Source: Tubulanus polymorphus (taxonomy: Eukaryota; Animalia; Nemertea). From it: 64,000 nt of DNA. The position numbers were made by a program, and so were the translations under genes. Positions 1-9,380 of this stretch are shown piece by piece; within the stretch, counting starts at the first letter, position 1, and each line of letters begins with the position of its first letter. The stretch lies in assembly GCF_964204645.1 (NCBI RefSeq), contig NC_134029.1:16362950-16426949 (forward strand), given 5' to 3'. The notes under the pieces are model-generated. The model ran no database searches. It was not told the DNA's origin and was given only the letters and a program-made list of their open reading frames with translations.

Positions 1-458
1 ATCATATAGAACTATTGATTGCCGGTGGAAAAACTAATGAGTTTTTAAATAGAATCATTACTTTTCAAGAACTAGACTCTATGAAACCAGATAAAGTAAT
101 AAAATGTTTTAAGATTTATGAAGAAGCTAGATTAGCTAAAATAAATGATTCTATTTCGAATGGTATTGTCAAATGTTATTCTAAGTTATGTAACCAGTTA
201 ATACCAATTGATGATGAAAATAAATTATATAGTGATTTGAAAAATGACTACTTAGTTATGACTGAATTACAAAAATGGGTTGGATATGCTTCATTTCAAT
301 TAGGATCGGTTATGACATTAATTTCTACTGGCGTCATAACATTTTCGAACATCAAGCCTATGGAATATAAATCAGGTAAGAACGAAACAGATGTACTACA
401 ACCAAACGTCGAAACAGAAAATGAATCGGAACAAAAATTAACTAAAATAAATGAGTGA
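1..458 (+). CDS. Polinton hypothetical protein, 5'-partial
   Basis: Frame open from the window start to 458; overlaps the next ATG; hydrophobic C-terminal segment (LGSVMTLISTGVITF). Confidence 0.65.
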   Translation, partial: HIELLIAGGKTNEFLNRIITFQELDSMKPDKVIKCFKIYEEARLAKINDSISNGIVKCYSKLCNQLIPIDDENKLYSDLKNDYLVMTELQKWVGYASFQLGSVMTLISTGVITFSNIKPMEYKSGKNETDVLQPNVETENESEQKLTKINE

Positions 459-810
459 TGGAGTTAAGAAAAAGGTTAGATCCGATAAACAAATTAAATG
501 GGCAAGAGAATTAGGTAAAAGATCTTCAGAATTAAAAAAAGCTAAGAAAAAGAAATTAACTGACATAAATGAATCACCTGATATTGATTCAAATAATAAT
601 CCATCTGATTCTTCTAATGCTGGAAGTAATTATAAATTATATATTACAATTGGATTAGTAACAGTTATTATATTATCCGGTGTAATATATAAATCAAAAT
701 TCAAATCTGATGATAAAGATGATTCCAATGACAACAAACCTATTATACCAGAAAATAAGTCAAATCATAAGGCCATTGAAACTAAATCTAAATTATTATT
801 AATGGATTAA
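451..810 (+). CDS. Polinton small protein: basic N-terminus plus one transmembrane helix
   Basis: 119 aa; KKAKKKK tract; LYITIGLVTVIILSGVIY hydrophobic helix; TAAATG start. Confidence 0.7.
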   Translation: MSDGVKKKVRSDKQIKWARELGKRSSELKKAKKKKLTDINESPDIDSNNNPSDSSNAGSNYKLYITIGLVTVIILSGVIYKSKFKSDDKDDSNDNKPIIPENKSNHKAIETKSKLLLMD

Positions 811-816
811 AATAAG

Positions 817-1260
817 ATGAAAAAAGAACAATATTTGAGAGATTTATATTATAACCCAGAAAGTGAAGTATCATATTCTAACGTTTCAGAATTATGGAAT
901 AAAATTAAATCTGATAATAGTGATATAAAATATAGTGAATTGAAATCATGGTTACAAAATCAACCAACATATCAAATCCACAAGAAAATGGATAAAACTT
1001 ATTTAACAAGAAAAGTTATGGTTTCATATATTGATCAACAATGGCAAGCAGATTTAATTGACATGAAGAACTTAGAAGAATACAACAAAGGATATTTCTG
1101 GATACTGAATGTTATAGACATATTCAGTCGATACGCATGGTCAATTCCAATCAAAAATAAAACTGGTATAGAAGTTACAAATGCTTTTAAATCTATATTT
1201 AAAGAAGCTATTCCAGATAAGATACAATTTGATGAAGGTAAGGAATTTTATAACAAAGAG
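817..1260 (+). pseudogene. Retroviral-type (rve) integrase of the Polinton, C-terminally truncated by a deletion
   Basis: LYYNP...WQADLIDM...ILNVIDIFSRYAW...IQFDEGKEFYNK: first two acidic catalytic motifs present, third (E) region missing. Confidence 0.9.
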
Positions 1261-1540
1261 TGAGTTATGTTATCTAGCTTTCTCTGGAAGACATTTTGGG
1301 ATAACAACTTGGGTTTTAAATCAAAAATATAATTCAATTGTTAAAGACTTTAGAGAAAACATTAGATTTCTAGTTTTATTTTATAACAAAGATAAAAAAT
1401 CTATGCAACAATCATTGGAAGAAAATCAAATTATACCTACTGAATTACATGATGAATATATGAATAAATTAAAGAATAATAAAGGTTCAAAATTATTACT
1501 GAGACTACAATTTCCCTATGAATATAAATTTATAAAATAA
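1258..1540 (+). pseudogene. C-terminal remnant of the A32/FtsK-like packaging ATPase
   Basis: SELCYLAFSGRHFGITTWVLNQKYNSIVKDFREN has the GRH motif and the downstream Q...R-x-N motifs of A32-type ATPases; Walker A and B absent. Confidence 0.8.
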
Positions 1541-1560
1541 CTATTTATATGACTATGTAT

Positions 1561-1645
1561 TAGATACCCTAATACCTGATACCCCATTAGATACCCTAAT
1601 ACCTGATACCCTAATACCTGATACCATACCTGATACCTTAAATAC
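1561..1645. repeat. Short tandem repeat (GATACCCTAATACCT-like units) between convergent gene blocks
   Basis: Several imperfect copies of gataccctaatacct read directly. Confidence 0.85.
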
Positions 1646-1726
1646 TTAAAACCCCCTTTTTTATTTACTATTATTTTATACAATTTTCAACTAATATTAT
1701 TATTTTAGTTAAATATAATTAATATC

Positions 1727-2524
1727 TTAATCACTTTCACTATCATATCCTAACAATTTTCTCAAATGCTCTACCGAATCTTCTTCAAATTCTTCATTAT
1801 TTTTATACTTATTCTTCGCCTTTTTTACCGCATCATCAATAGTTGTTTCATTGTTATGCTTATTCATCCAATCAAAGTTATCATTATTTTCTACTTTATG
1901 TTTCATAGAATCTTTATTAGTGTTTGCTCCTAATATTTCATTTACAGTGTTTGATTCTAATATTTCATTAGCATCGGTTAGATCTAATTCATCTTTATTA
2001 GGTGTTGCTAATAATAAATCTTTATATAATTCTTTACCATTTACTTTTTGATTTGAAACAAATTTTGTAACATATCTAAATGGGTGTTCTATAAATTCTT
2101 TTAAACCAACACGTTCTATAACATTAGTAATATGTACCTTTGTATTTATATGTTTATTCCAATTTGATGGAGCGTTTGAAAATTCACCTTTACAATAATC
2201 ACAATAATTTCTATTTTTACTAACATTTAATATTATTGCCTTATTATATGTAGAAGGTATTACATTATTAGATGTAGTAGGTATTACATTATTAGAAGTA
2301 GTAGGTATTACTGTAGTAGGTATTACATTATTATCAATTACATTACTTAAATTATCAACAACTTCACTTTTATTATTATCGATTTCTATTAGTTTAGTTT
2401 TATAAATTTTGTAAATAGGATCAAATATCAAAGCTATATTACAAGGTATTACATAATATAAACCATCATTATTTTCATGTGTATCGATGTATGGAATATG
2501 TTTATATACTTTACCTCCTTCCAT
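1727..2524 (-). CDS. Polinton protein with a C2H2 (matrin-like) zinc finger and NNVIPTT repeats
   Basis: YCDYCKGEF...WNKHINTKVH; four VIP(T/S)T repeats. Confidence 0.75.
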   Translation of the reverse strand: MEGGKVYKHIPYIDTHENNDGLYYVIPCNIALIFDPIYKIYKTKLIEIDNNKSEVVDNLSNVIDNNVIPTTVIPTTSNNVIPTTSNNVIPSTYNKAIILNVSKNRNYCDYCKGEFSNAPSNWNKHINTKVHITNVIERVGLKEFIEHPFRYVTKFVSNQKVNGKELYKDLLLATPNKDELDLTDANEILESNTVNEILGANTNKDSMKHKVENNDNFDWMNKHNNETTIDDAVKKAKNKYKNNEEFEEDSVEHLRKLLGYDSESD

Positions 2525-2556
2525 TTATTATATATATTTTTATTAAAGTTAAAATT

Positions 2557-3804
2557 TTAATACATAACACTATCTAATTGTGAATTTACAATATTTAATT
2601 GCGCGTCAGATATAATATAAATGTGCATTTTAAAATTTTTGATTCCTTTATTCTTTGTCATGAATAATTGTATTCCATCTTTAGTGTTTTGTAGTTTTTT
2701 TCCAGAACCATGTAATGAATTATCCTCTGTTGTTCTAAAATCTAACCATAATGCATATTTATTACCGGTATAATAATCAATTTGATTAATGTTACAATTT
2801 TCAGATGATTTCACTTTTTCATTCATAAAATGTTTTCTAATTTCTGGCCATTGATCTATCATTCTCATTCCTTGACAAAATATTTTATTTGCTATTCCTT
2901 CGATAGTTATTTCTACTTTTGTTATTTCAGGATTATAATAATTATCAACATTTATTGCGCCATTAGTATATGTTGCAATGGTAAAAAATATTAATATACC
3001 TTTAATAGATCTTCTTGGGAAGTTAATATTCTCATTAATTATTTCATCATTTGCATTAATAGTTACGGTTTTAAATTTATCAATATAATCATATAATAAT
3101 GAAAATCCTTGATTGTATTTAGTTTGAATTATACTTGAAATATTTTCATCAGTTACTGTATCATATTCTAAACATATATTCGATAATTTATAACTCATAT
3201 CTTTAACAACGCTAGATAATACAATTTCATTTACAGGAGCAAATGTTATTTCGAATATAATATCTTCTTGAATTGCGTATTTATATAAAGGTGCATTATT
3301 ATTTATCAATTCAAAGTCTAATGGAATTTTATATTTGCTTCCATATATACTTTTTTTCAATTTATCTACAGCATTAGTTAATATTGCGCCATTAGCTTCT
3401 GATCTTAATTTATTTTGGTTTTCTGATTGGATGCCTTGAAATATCATATTATTTCTGTTTTCTTTAGTTAACCATAAATCTTTATAATGCATAAATAAAT
3501 TATAATCATCTAATGAGAAAACTGTTTCTGGACCAATCTTTATTGTTAACTTTTTAATCAAATATCTTCCAACATTATCAACAACATAATTATTATTATT
3601 ACCGATTACTTTTATATCGGCTGATAAATAAATACTATTTGGAACATAAAAAGTATTTTGTGTTAATCTCGGAATTCTAACGTATAAAGTTTCATCGGGA
3701 TTAATATTAGAAGGGTTATTAGTAATTATATGATGTGATCTTTCTGCTTTAATAGCATTAGATATTCTATGATTCTTCGAAGGATTGATATAACTCCCAC
3801 TCAT
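2557..3804 (-). CDS. Major capsid protein (double jelly-roll), intact
   Basis: 415-aa uninterrupted ORF; beta-rich pattern (LYVRIPRL, IKKLTIKIG, YKLSNICLEYD, NFPRRSIKGILIFF, YALWLDFR, HIYIISDAQLNI) typical of Polinton MCPs; genomic context. Confidence 0.8.
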   Translation of the reverse strand: MSGSYINPSKNHRISNAIKAERSHHIITNNPSNINPDETLYVRIPRLTQNTFYVPNSIYLSADIKVIGNNNNYVVDNVGRYLIKKLTIKIGPETVFSLDDYNLFMHYKDLWLTKENRNNMIFQGIQSENQNKLRSEANGAILTNAVDKLKKSIYGSKYKIPLDFELINNNAPLYKYAIQEDIIFEITFAPVNEIVLSSVVKDMSYKLSNICLEYDTVTDENISSIIQTKYNQGFSLLYDYIDKFKTVTINANDEIINENINFPRRSIKGILIFFTIATYTNGAINVDNYYNPEITKVEITIEGIANKIFCQGMRMIDQWPEIRKHFMNEKVKSSENCNINQIDYYTGNKYALWLDFRTTEDNSLHGSGKKLQNTKDGIQLFMTKNKGIKNFKMHIYIISDAQLNIVNSQLDSVMY

Positions 3805-3845
3805 TTATTTAACAAAAAAATTAATTATTTATTTTTGATCATGGT

Positions 3846-5312
3846 TTACTTGATATTTTTTGATATCATATTTACTAAACCAAAAATAATAGCACTTACA
3901 ACTGTAATTAAAAATAAAATAATATGTTCAGCAGCAAAGTTAATAATGTTTCCTGCAGATTTCAATATAAAACCAACAATTGATGCAATAACTCCTGGTA
4001 AAGCTGCAGCAGATTTCTTTGATAGTTCCCATAAATATTTTGCTAATTTCTTTAAACCATCTTTAACTTTATCTTGTATAGAATTATTACCTGGGGGTTT
4101 ATCTGGTTTATTGGGAGTGGGAGTAGGAGTAGATTTTAAAGCATTTGATATAGCTAAACCAATTGTTGTAAATAACATAGTTACAGCTGTTATAATTGAA
4201 AGAATTGTTATTCCTTCTAATTTAAATAATAACTATATTCTATCTTTTAATGATATTCCAGAATTTGGTTTTATTAGATATCTTTTAAAAACATCTTTTA
4301 ATCTTTTAAAATTATTACCAAATTCTTTTAATAATATATCTCTTTCACCTTTTTGTACTTCTAAATTATCTTTTAAATTATCAATTTCTTTTTCTAAACG
4401 TAATTCTATTTGTCTATACTCTATTTCATCAATTACTTGTCGTTCTAAATCAGACTTTAGTTGTTCTATTTCTTCATTTGCATTAGTTAATTCTTTTTCC
4501 AAATACATAATTTTTTTATCTCTTATACTTTTATTATGTGCAATTTTATCAGCTTCATTTCTTATACTAATAATTTCTCTAATTGCTTCATCAGAAAATA
4601 TATTTAAATCTTCTAATTGTTGATCTGTTGCATCAAGTAATCCATTCGGTAAAAGTTTTTCAGTTTGCACTTCGTTTGATTTAATTTTACTAAATTTGGA
4701 AGTTTTATTCTGTTCAGAAGTTGTTTCTGTTTTTGAATTATTTTTGATTGTTTCAAATAATTCATTAATTCTTTGTTTAAATACTCTTTCATTTTTAATA
4801 ATTTCTTCTTGTCTTACATTTTCTATTTCATTACTATTTCTTATTCTTATAATTCTAGATAGGTCTAACTTAAGCAAAGTTGATTCTTTTAATATTTTGT
4901 TTTGTTTTTTATAAGAGATATCAATATAATAATCACCAGTCAAATGATAATAATATTCACCATCTAAAAATTCTAAATTTTGTGCTAAAATTCTGGCGTC
5001 TCTAAAATTTATATTATATTCAGATCTTTCAAATATATGTTGTAATCTACGCGCTTGGTTTATATTTTCTAAATCTTGTCTTATTAAATATGGATTTTCA
5101 TTTTCAGGATTTATTCTCGATCTAGTTCTTCTATCAAATTCATCTGTTGATGGGACTTTAGAACCACTATCTGCTAAATTAGAATTATATGTTGTATCAT
5201 TATCATTATCAATATTAGTATCAGCAGTCATATAATCATCATTGTTAGTATTGGCATCATAATTATTTCCCATGTTTTCCATTTCATAATCTTCTCCACC
5301 TTCTACATCCAT
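3846..5312 (-). pseudogene. Coiled-coil protein with C-terminal hydrophobic/amphipathic helices; one in-frame TAG at 4233-4235
   Basis: ORFs 4233-5312 and 3846-4178 are in the same frame: ...SLKDRI*LLFKLEGITILSIITAVTMLF... Confidence 0.8.
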
Positions 5313-5328
5313 TTACATAATAAAAAAA

Positions 5329-6717
5329 TTAAAATTTAAAATATAATATTCCTCCGATTACAATTCCTATACAAGTTATAGCTAATGTAGCATTTTCATG
5401 GGATTTATTATCATCATTTAGTTTAATTATATCATGTTGAATAATATCAGTTCTATTATTTTCTGATGTATTGTAATCTTTTATTTTAGAATCATTATTT
5501 AATTTAATATTTTTAGTTTTAGTTTCTGTTGATTGAATGTGTTTTTTATTTTTTTCACCTTCCATTAATTTTGGAGCAGTGATAATCTTTTTATTTATAT
5601 CATTTAATCCAAATGAATTATTTATTGTTGCAGTTTTAATTAGATTATTATAACCAATTATGTTTCCCATCTTTAATACTAAATCATTAGAAATAATTAA
5701 TAGATTAGGGCCTATACAATAATTAAGTCTTACATGAGATTTATCTAAATAATTTTGATATCTTATAATGTTTTCTGGAATCGATCTATTTTTATCATTA
5801 TGAATTGAATCTTCAAATAAAACTTTAAATTGTTTCTGTGTATCAAATGATGTATTCAAATTTCCAATTATCGGTGATCTTGTTTCAACTTATGCACCTA
5901 AAATACATATCAAATAAGTTCTAATAGATTGATTTATTCTTTCTATACCTGATTTAGTAAAACCTTCACTATTTTCTAAAATAAAATAAACCCAACCATT
6001 ATTGTTTTCTTGTTTTAAATGATCATAAAATTTCGGTAATTTATTGAAATTTAATGTTTCTAAATCCTTAGTTTCTATTTTACCATAACCTAATTTATTA
6101 TTATAGATATTATAAAAACTATTAGATGGTATGGGAAGTGCACAATATTCTGCAATCTTTTTAGGGCAAGGAAGTGATCTTATTGTTCCAATTTTTGTTC
6201 TAAAATCAGAATTATTTATATCTATATTAAATTCATTGCAAATTTTATAAAACTTAGATAAATTAATATTATTATCTAATTTTTTAAAATATCTTGATCC
6301 TGGTATAGCGCACTCTAATTCATTTAATATTATTCTGATTTGAAAGTATGTATGAAATCTAAATAAACTTTGAATTAGTTTATATTTAGAATTATTCAAA
6401 TGATCATTCCAACTAATTCCACATCCTGTTGTTGAACAATAAACAGCAAAATTTAATTGGTTCTGCCAATACTTCATATTAGATTTTAATAGACATTGTT
6501 TTTCATCTTTCAATTTTTTAAAATCAATTAAATATACATGAAATATATTTTCCATCTTTGCATTAAAATTATTAGTTTCAGTAACATAAATTTCTAAATT
6601 AGTTAATGAATCTAAAACTTCATTTCTATATGTAATATCTTTATTAAAATCTATTGCTGGAATATTATATTTAATTGATTTATTATATTGGAAAGCTTTT
6701 GGAAAACTATCTGCCAT
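5329..6717 (-). pseudogene. Polinton protein with C-terminal TM anchor; one in-frame TAA at 5890-5892
   Basis: ORFs 5890-6717 and 5329-5859 are in frame: ...ICILGA*VETRSPIIGNLNTSF...; motif YWQNQLNFAVYCSTTGCGIS; C-terminal AITCIGIVIGGILYF. Confidence 0.8.
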
Positions 6718-6733
6718 TTATATAATTAAAAAA

Positions 6734-7168
6734 TTAATAATTTATTAATTCTTTTAATAATTTATCTTGTTCTTCAACTGTTATATGGCCATTTAAACTT
6801 ATTATATAATCTAGTGTGTTCTTTAATTTATTAATTTCTTTTATATTAGTTTTAATTTTTTCTTTATTACTTTTTATATTTAATTTTGAACTTATACCGG
6901 TTAAAACACTTGAACTTAATCCTAACACACCAATTGATATAGCTAAAGGTGTTAATGGGCTGAATATTGCTAAAAATGTTATTACAGAACTAATTGTAAC
7001 CGAACCACTTATAATAAGATAATATATAATTTTACTTTTTAAATATTTTTTCTTTTTAACTTTTAAGTCACTTTCAAATTCTAATATTTGTTTTTCTAAA
7101 TATGTTTTTAATTTAGTTTTATTTATATCATGAGGAATAATATCAATACTATCAACTTTATCTTCCAT
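6734..7168 (-). CDS. Two-TM protein flanked by coiled-coil-like segments
   Basis: 144 aa; two hydrophobic helices at about aa 48-95. Confidence 0.75.
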   Translation of the reverse strand: MEDKVDSIDIIPHDINKTKLKTYLEKQILEFESDLKVKKKKYLKSKIIYYLIISGSVTISSVITFLAIFSPLTPLAISIGVLGLSSSVLTGISSKLNIKSNKEKIKTNIKEINKLKNTLDYIISLNGHITVEEQDKLLKELINY

Positions 7169-7189
7169 TTATTTAGCAAAAAAAAATTA

Positions 7190-7608
7190 CTAATTAGTAA
7201 ACTTATAAGCAACAAATATAACAATAACAGTTCCACCTAAAATCCATATTATTTCATATTTCTGTTGTTCTTTACTCGGGGTATAATAATCTGATAATTT
7301 AGGTTTGTATAGATGTAATTTTTCTTTATTGGTTACCGCGTTATTTAAACTCATTGCATCATCAACTGATTGAAAATCTGTGAAATCTTCTGATCATATA
7401 ATTCTTTATTTATGTAATCCATATAGTTTTGTCTCTTTTCTCTATATTCTTCTGCAGCTTTATTATATTTCTCTAACGCTAAGTTATGTCTTCTTTGTTC
7501 TCCTAATGAACTATTTTTATCAATATGTTTAAATAAATATCCACCACCAGTAAATGCTAAAGCGTTAACAATTGCCGATCCTATAATAGTTATAATTGCA
7601 GAAGCCAT
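7190..7608 (-). pseudogene. Small membrane protein (N- and C-terminal hydrophobic helices), frameshifted near 7380
   Basis: MASAIITIIGSAIVNALAFTGGGYLF...RHNLALEKY; second frame continues DFQSVDDAM...PKLSDYYTPSKEQQKYEIIWILGGTVIVIFVAYKFTN*. Confidence 0.75.
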
Positions 7609-7632
7609 TTATTTAGCAAAAAAATGATGCAT

Positions 7633-7854
7633 TTATATGGGAGGAATATATTTTTGTTTTTCCAAATAATCAATAGTTAAATTAGATAAAGTAACTGCTA
7701 ATGTTAACTTTAAAATATCATTTATATCAAATCTATCAACATTAACACTTCCCATTTTGAATACTTTTTTTAATACCATTGAATAACCAACAGTTCCAAC
7801 TGATAGTAATGCGCCATTATATAATCCAGTTATTATCCACTTATTATCACTCAT
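7633..7854 (-). CDS. Small hydrophobic protein (73 aa)
   Basis: Two hydrophobic segments, ends DYLEKQKYIPPI; TAAATG start. Confidence 0.7.
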   Translation of the reverse strand: MSDNKWIITGLYNGALLSVGTVGYSMVLKKVFKMGSVNVDRFDINDILKLTLAVTLSNLTIDYLEKQKYIPPI

Positions 7855-8214
7855 TTATTTATCAAAAAAATTACTATCATCAAAATATTTAGTTAACTTA
7901 TTTATGATTAATTCAACATTTATTTCATTACTAGTTTTATGATTATCATATATTTCAATTATTATTTTTTTAATATCATCGATGATAAAATCTTCATCTA
8001 ATTCATAAAATCTTAAAGATTCTCTAATTAAATTAGTAATCTTTTCTACATTTAAAGGTTCTTTATCAATTGTTGTTTCATACTCAAATGTTGTTTCATT
8101 AGAAAATGCAATATTTTTAATATGTGTAATTACATCATTAACGTTAAATTTCATTTCTTTCTCACGTTTAAAATCAAATCCAAAACATGTACTCGGTCCA
8201 ACAGTTATATTCAT
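7855..8214 (-). CDS. Polinton hypothetical acidic protein
   Basis: 119-aa ORF abutting the next gene; T-run/TAAATG start. Confidence 0.65.
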   Translation of the reverse strand: MNITVGPSTCFGFDFKREKEMKFNVNDVITHIKNIAFSNETTFEYETTIDKEPLNVEKITNLIRESLRFYELDEDFIIDDIKKIIIEIYDNHKTSNEINVELIINKLTKYFDDSNFFDK

Positions 8215-8230
8215 TTATATAGGTGAAAAA

Positions 8231-8980
8231 TTACTCTCTACATCTTATAACTAATTCATAAATTACAGGAAAGTTATTCAAATCAATTAAATAACCATTA
8301 TGATTTCTTATTTCTAATTTAAAATTATTAAATTGAGGAATACAAGGTTTGAAATCACATTCAGTTAAATTATGATTTATTTGGTTCCAAATTGTTTAAC
8401 ATTTTTCAGTGGTAAAATATTTAATATACTAGAATTACATGTTGTATCTTTAGTTGCTTCAAATGTTTTTGTAGGATCAATTAAATTGCAATAAATATAA
8501 AAGTGTGTAAAAGGTATTATATTTGAAATGCCTTCTACGTTTACTGTAACAACATCTGGTTCAATTCCTAGCTATAGGTTTTTTTACCATAAATTCATGT
8601 TGACTTTCATCAAATACCTTTATTTTAATTCTATTTGAGCTATCACTTTTACTAAATTTAATTAAAAATTTATCATCTTTTCTAATTTTCAACCGTGCTC
8701 TACGATTAATTTCTTGAGCTAATGTTTCTAAATTATATAATCCTGGTCTTAGAAATAGATGAAACCATTTATTTATATTTCTAATATGAATTGAAAAAGT
8801 ATTATGTTCAAAAGTTTTATTCGATATATTATAAAAAGAATTACATAAACTTATATTAACTAATTTTAAATCTACACAATTCTTGAATTCTCTATCTAAT
8901 TGTACTAATAATTTATGTGATTTATAATTTGTAAGTCTTCTAGAATCTACAAATATTCTGTATTCTTTTAATTCTACCAT
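8231..8980 (-). pseudogene. Minor capsid (penton-like single jelly-roll) protein, frameshifted
   Basis: IFVDSR...CNSFYNI...PGLYNLETL..IN in the ORF; downstream frames give HFYIYCNLID...SILNILP and FKLEIRNHNGYLIDLNNFPVIYELVI. Confidence 0.7.
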
Positions 8981-8997
8981 TTATTTTACATATTTTC

Positions 8998-9351
8998 TTA
9001 TTCGAAATCTATTTCATGGTGCCCTTTTTCATTCTTACCTTTGTATACGAAATAGAAATCACCTGAACATAATTCTTCTAAATCTTCACTTGATAATCTA
9101 TGAAATCTATCCGGTAAATATGTTCTGAATTTATATGTATTTCCTTTTAATCCTTCATATTCTAAGTGTATAACTAATTTATCTCCATATTTGTTAGCAA
9201 CTGTATCAATATTTGTAATTAGATATTTCTTATGGATTGTTAATTCTGTTAACTTTTTGAATTTATAATCTACAGATTTTACATTTGTTATATCTTTAAT
9301 TCTATCTAGAAATAATTTGTTGTTCTCACTGTTTGCTTGTTTACTCTCCAT
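8998..9351 (-). CDS. Small protein next to PolB, possibly an OB-fold ssDNA-binding protein
   Basis: 117-aa intact ORF; alternating beta pattern (KYLITNI, KYGDKLVIHL, FRTYLPDRF, FYFVYKG); function is inference. Confidence 0.6.
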   Translation of the reverse strand: MESKQANSENNKLFLDRIKDITNVKSVDYKFKKLTELTIHKKYLITNIDTVANKYGDKLVIHLEYEGLKGNTYKFRTYLPDRFHRLSSEDLEELCSGDFYFVYKGKNEKGHHEIDFE

Positions 9352-9380
9352 TTTAATAACATATTTTTATTAAAATTTGA

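Noticed and set aside
3769-4623. 284-aa plus-strand ORF and similar antisense ORFs (1851, 4696, 6816, 9854, 45682, 46398, 49561)
   Set aside because: Shadows of real minus-strand genes, with no motifs
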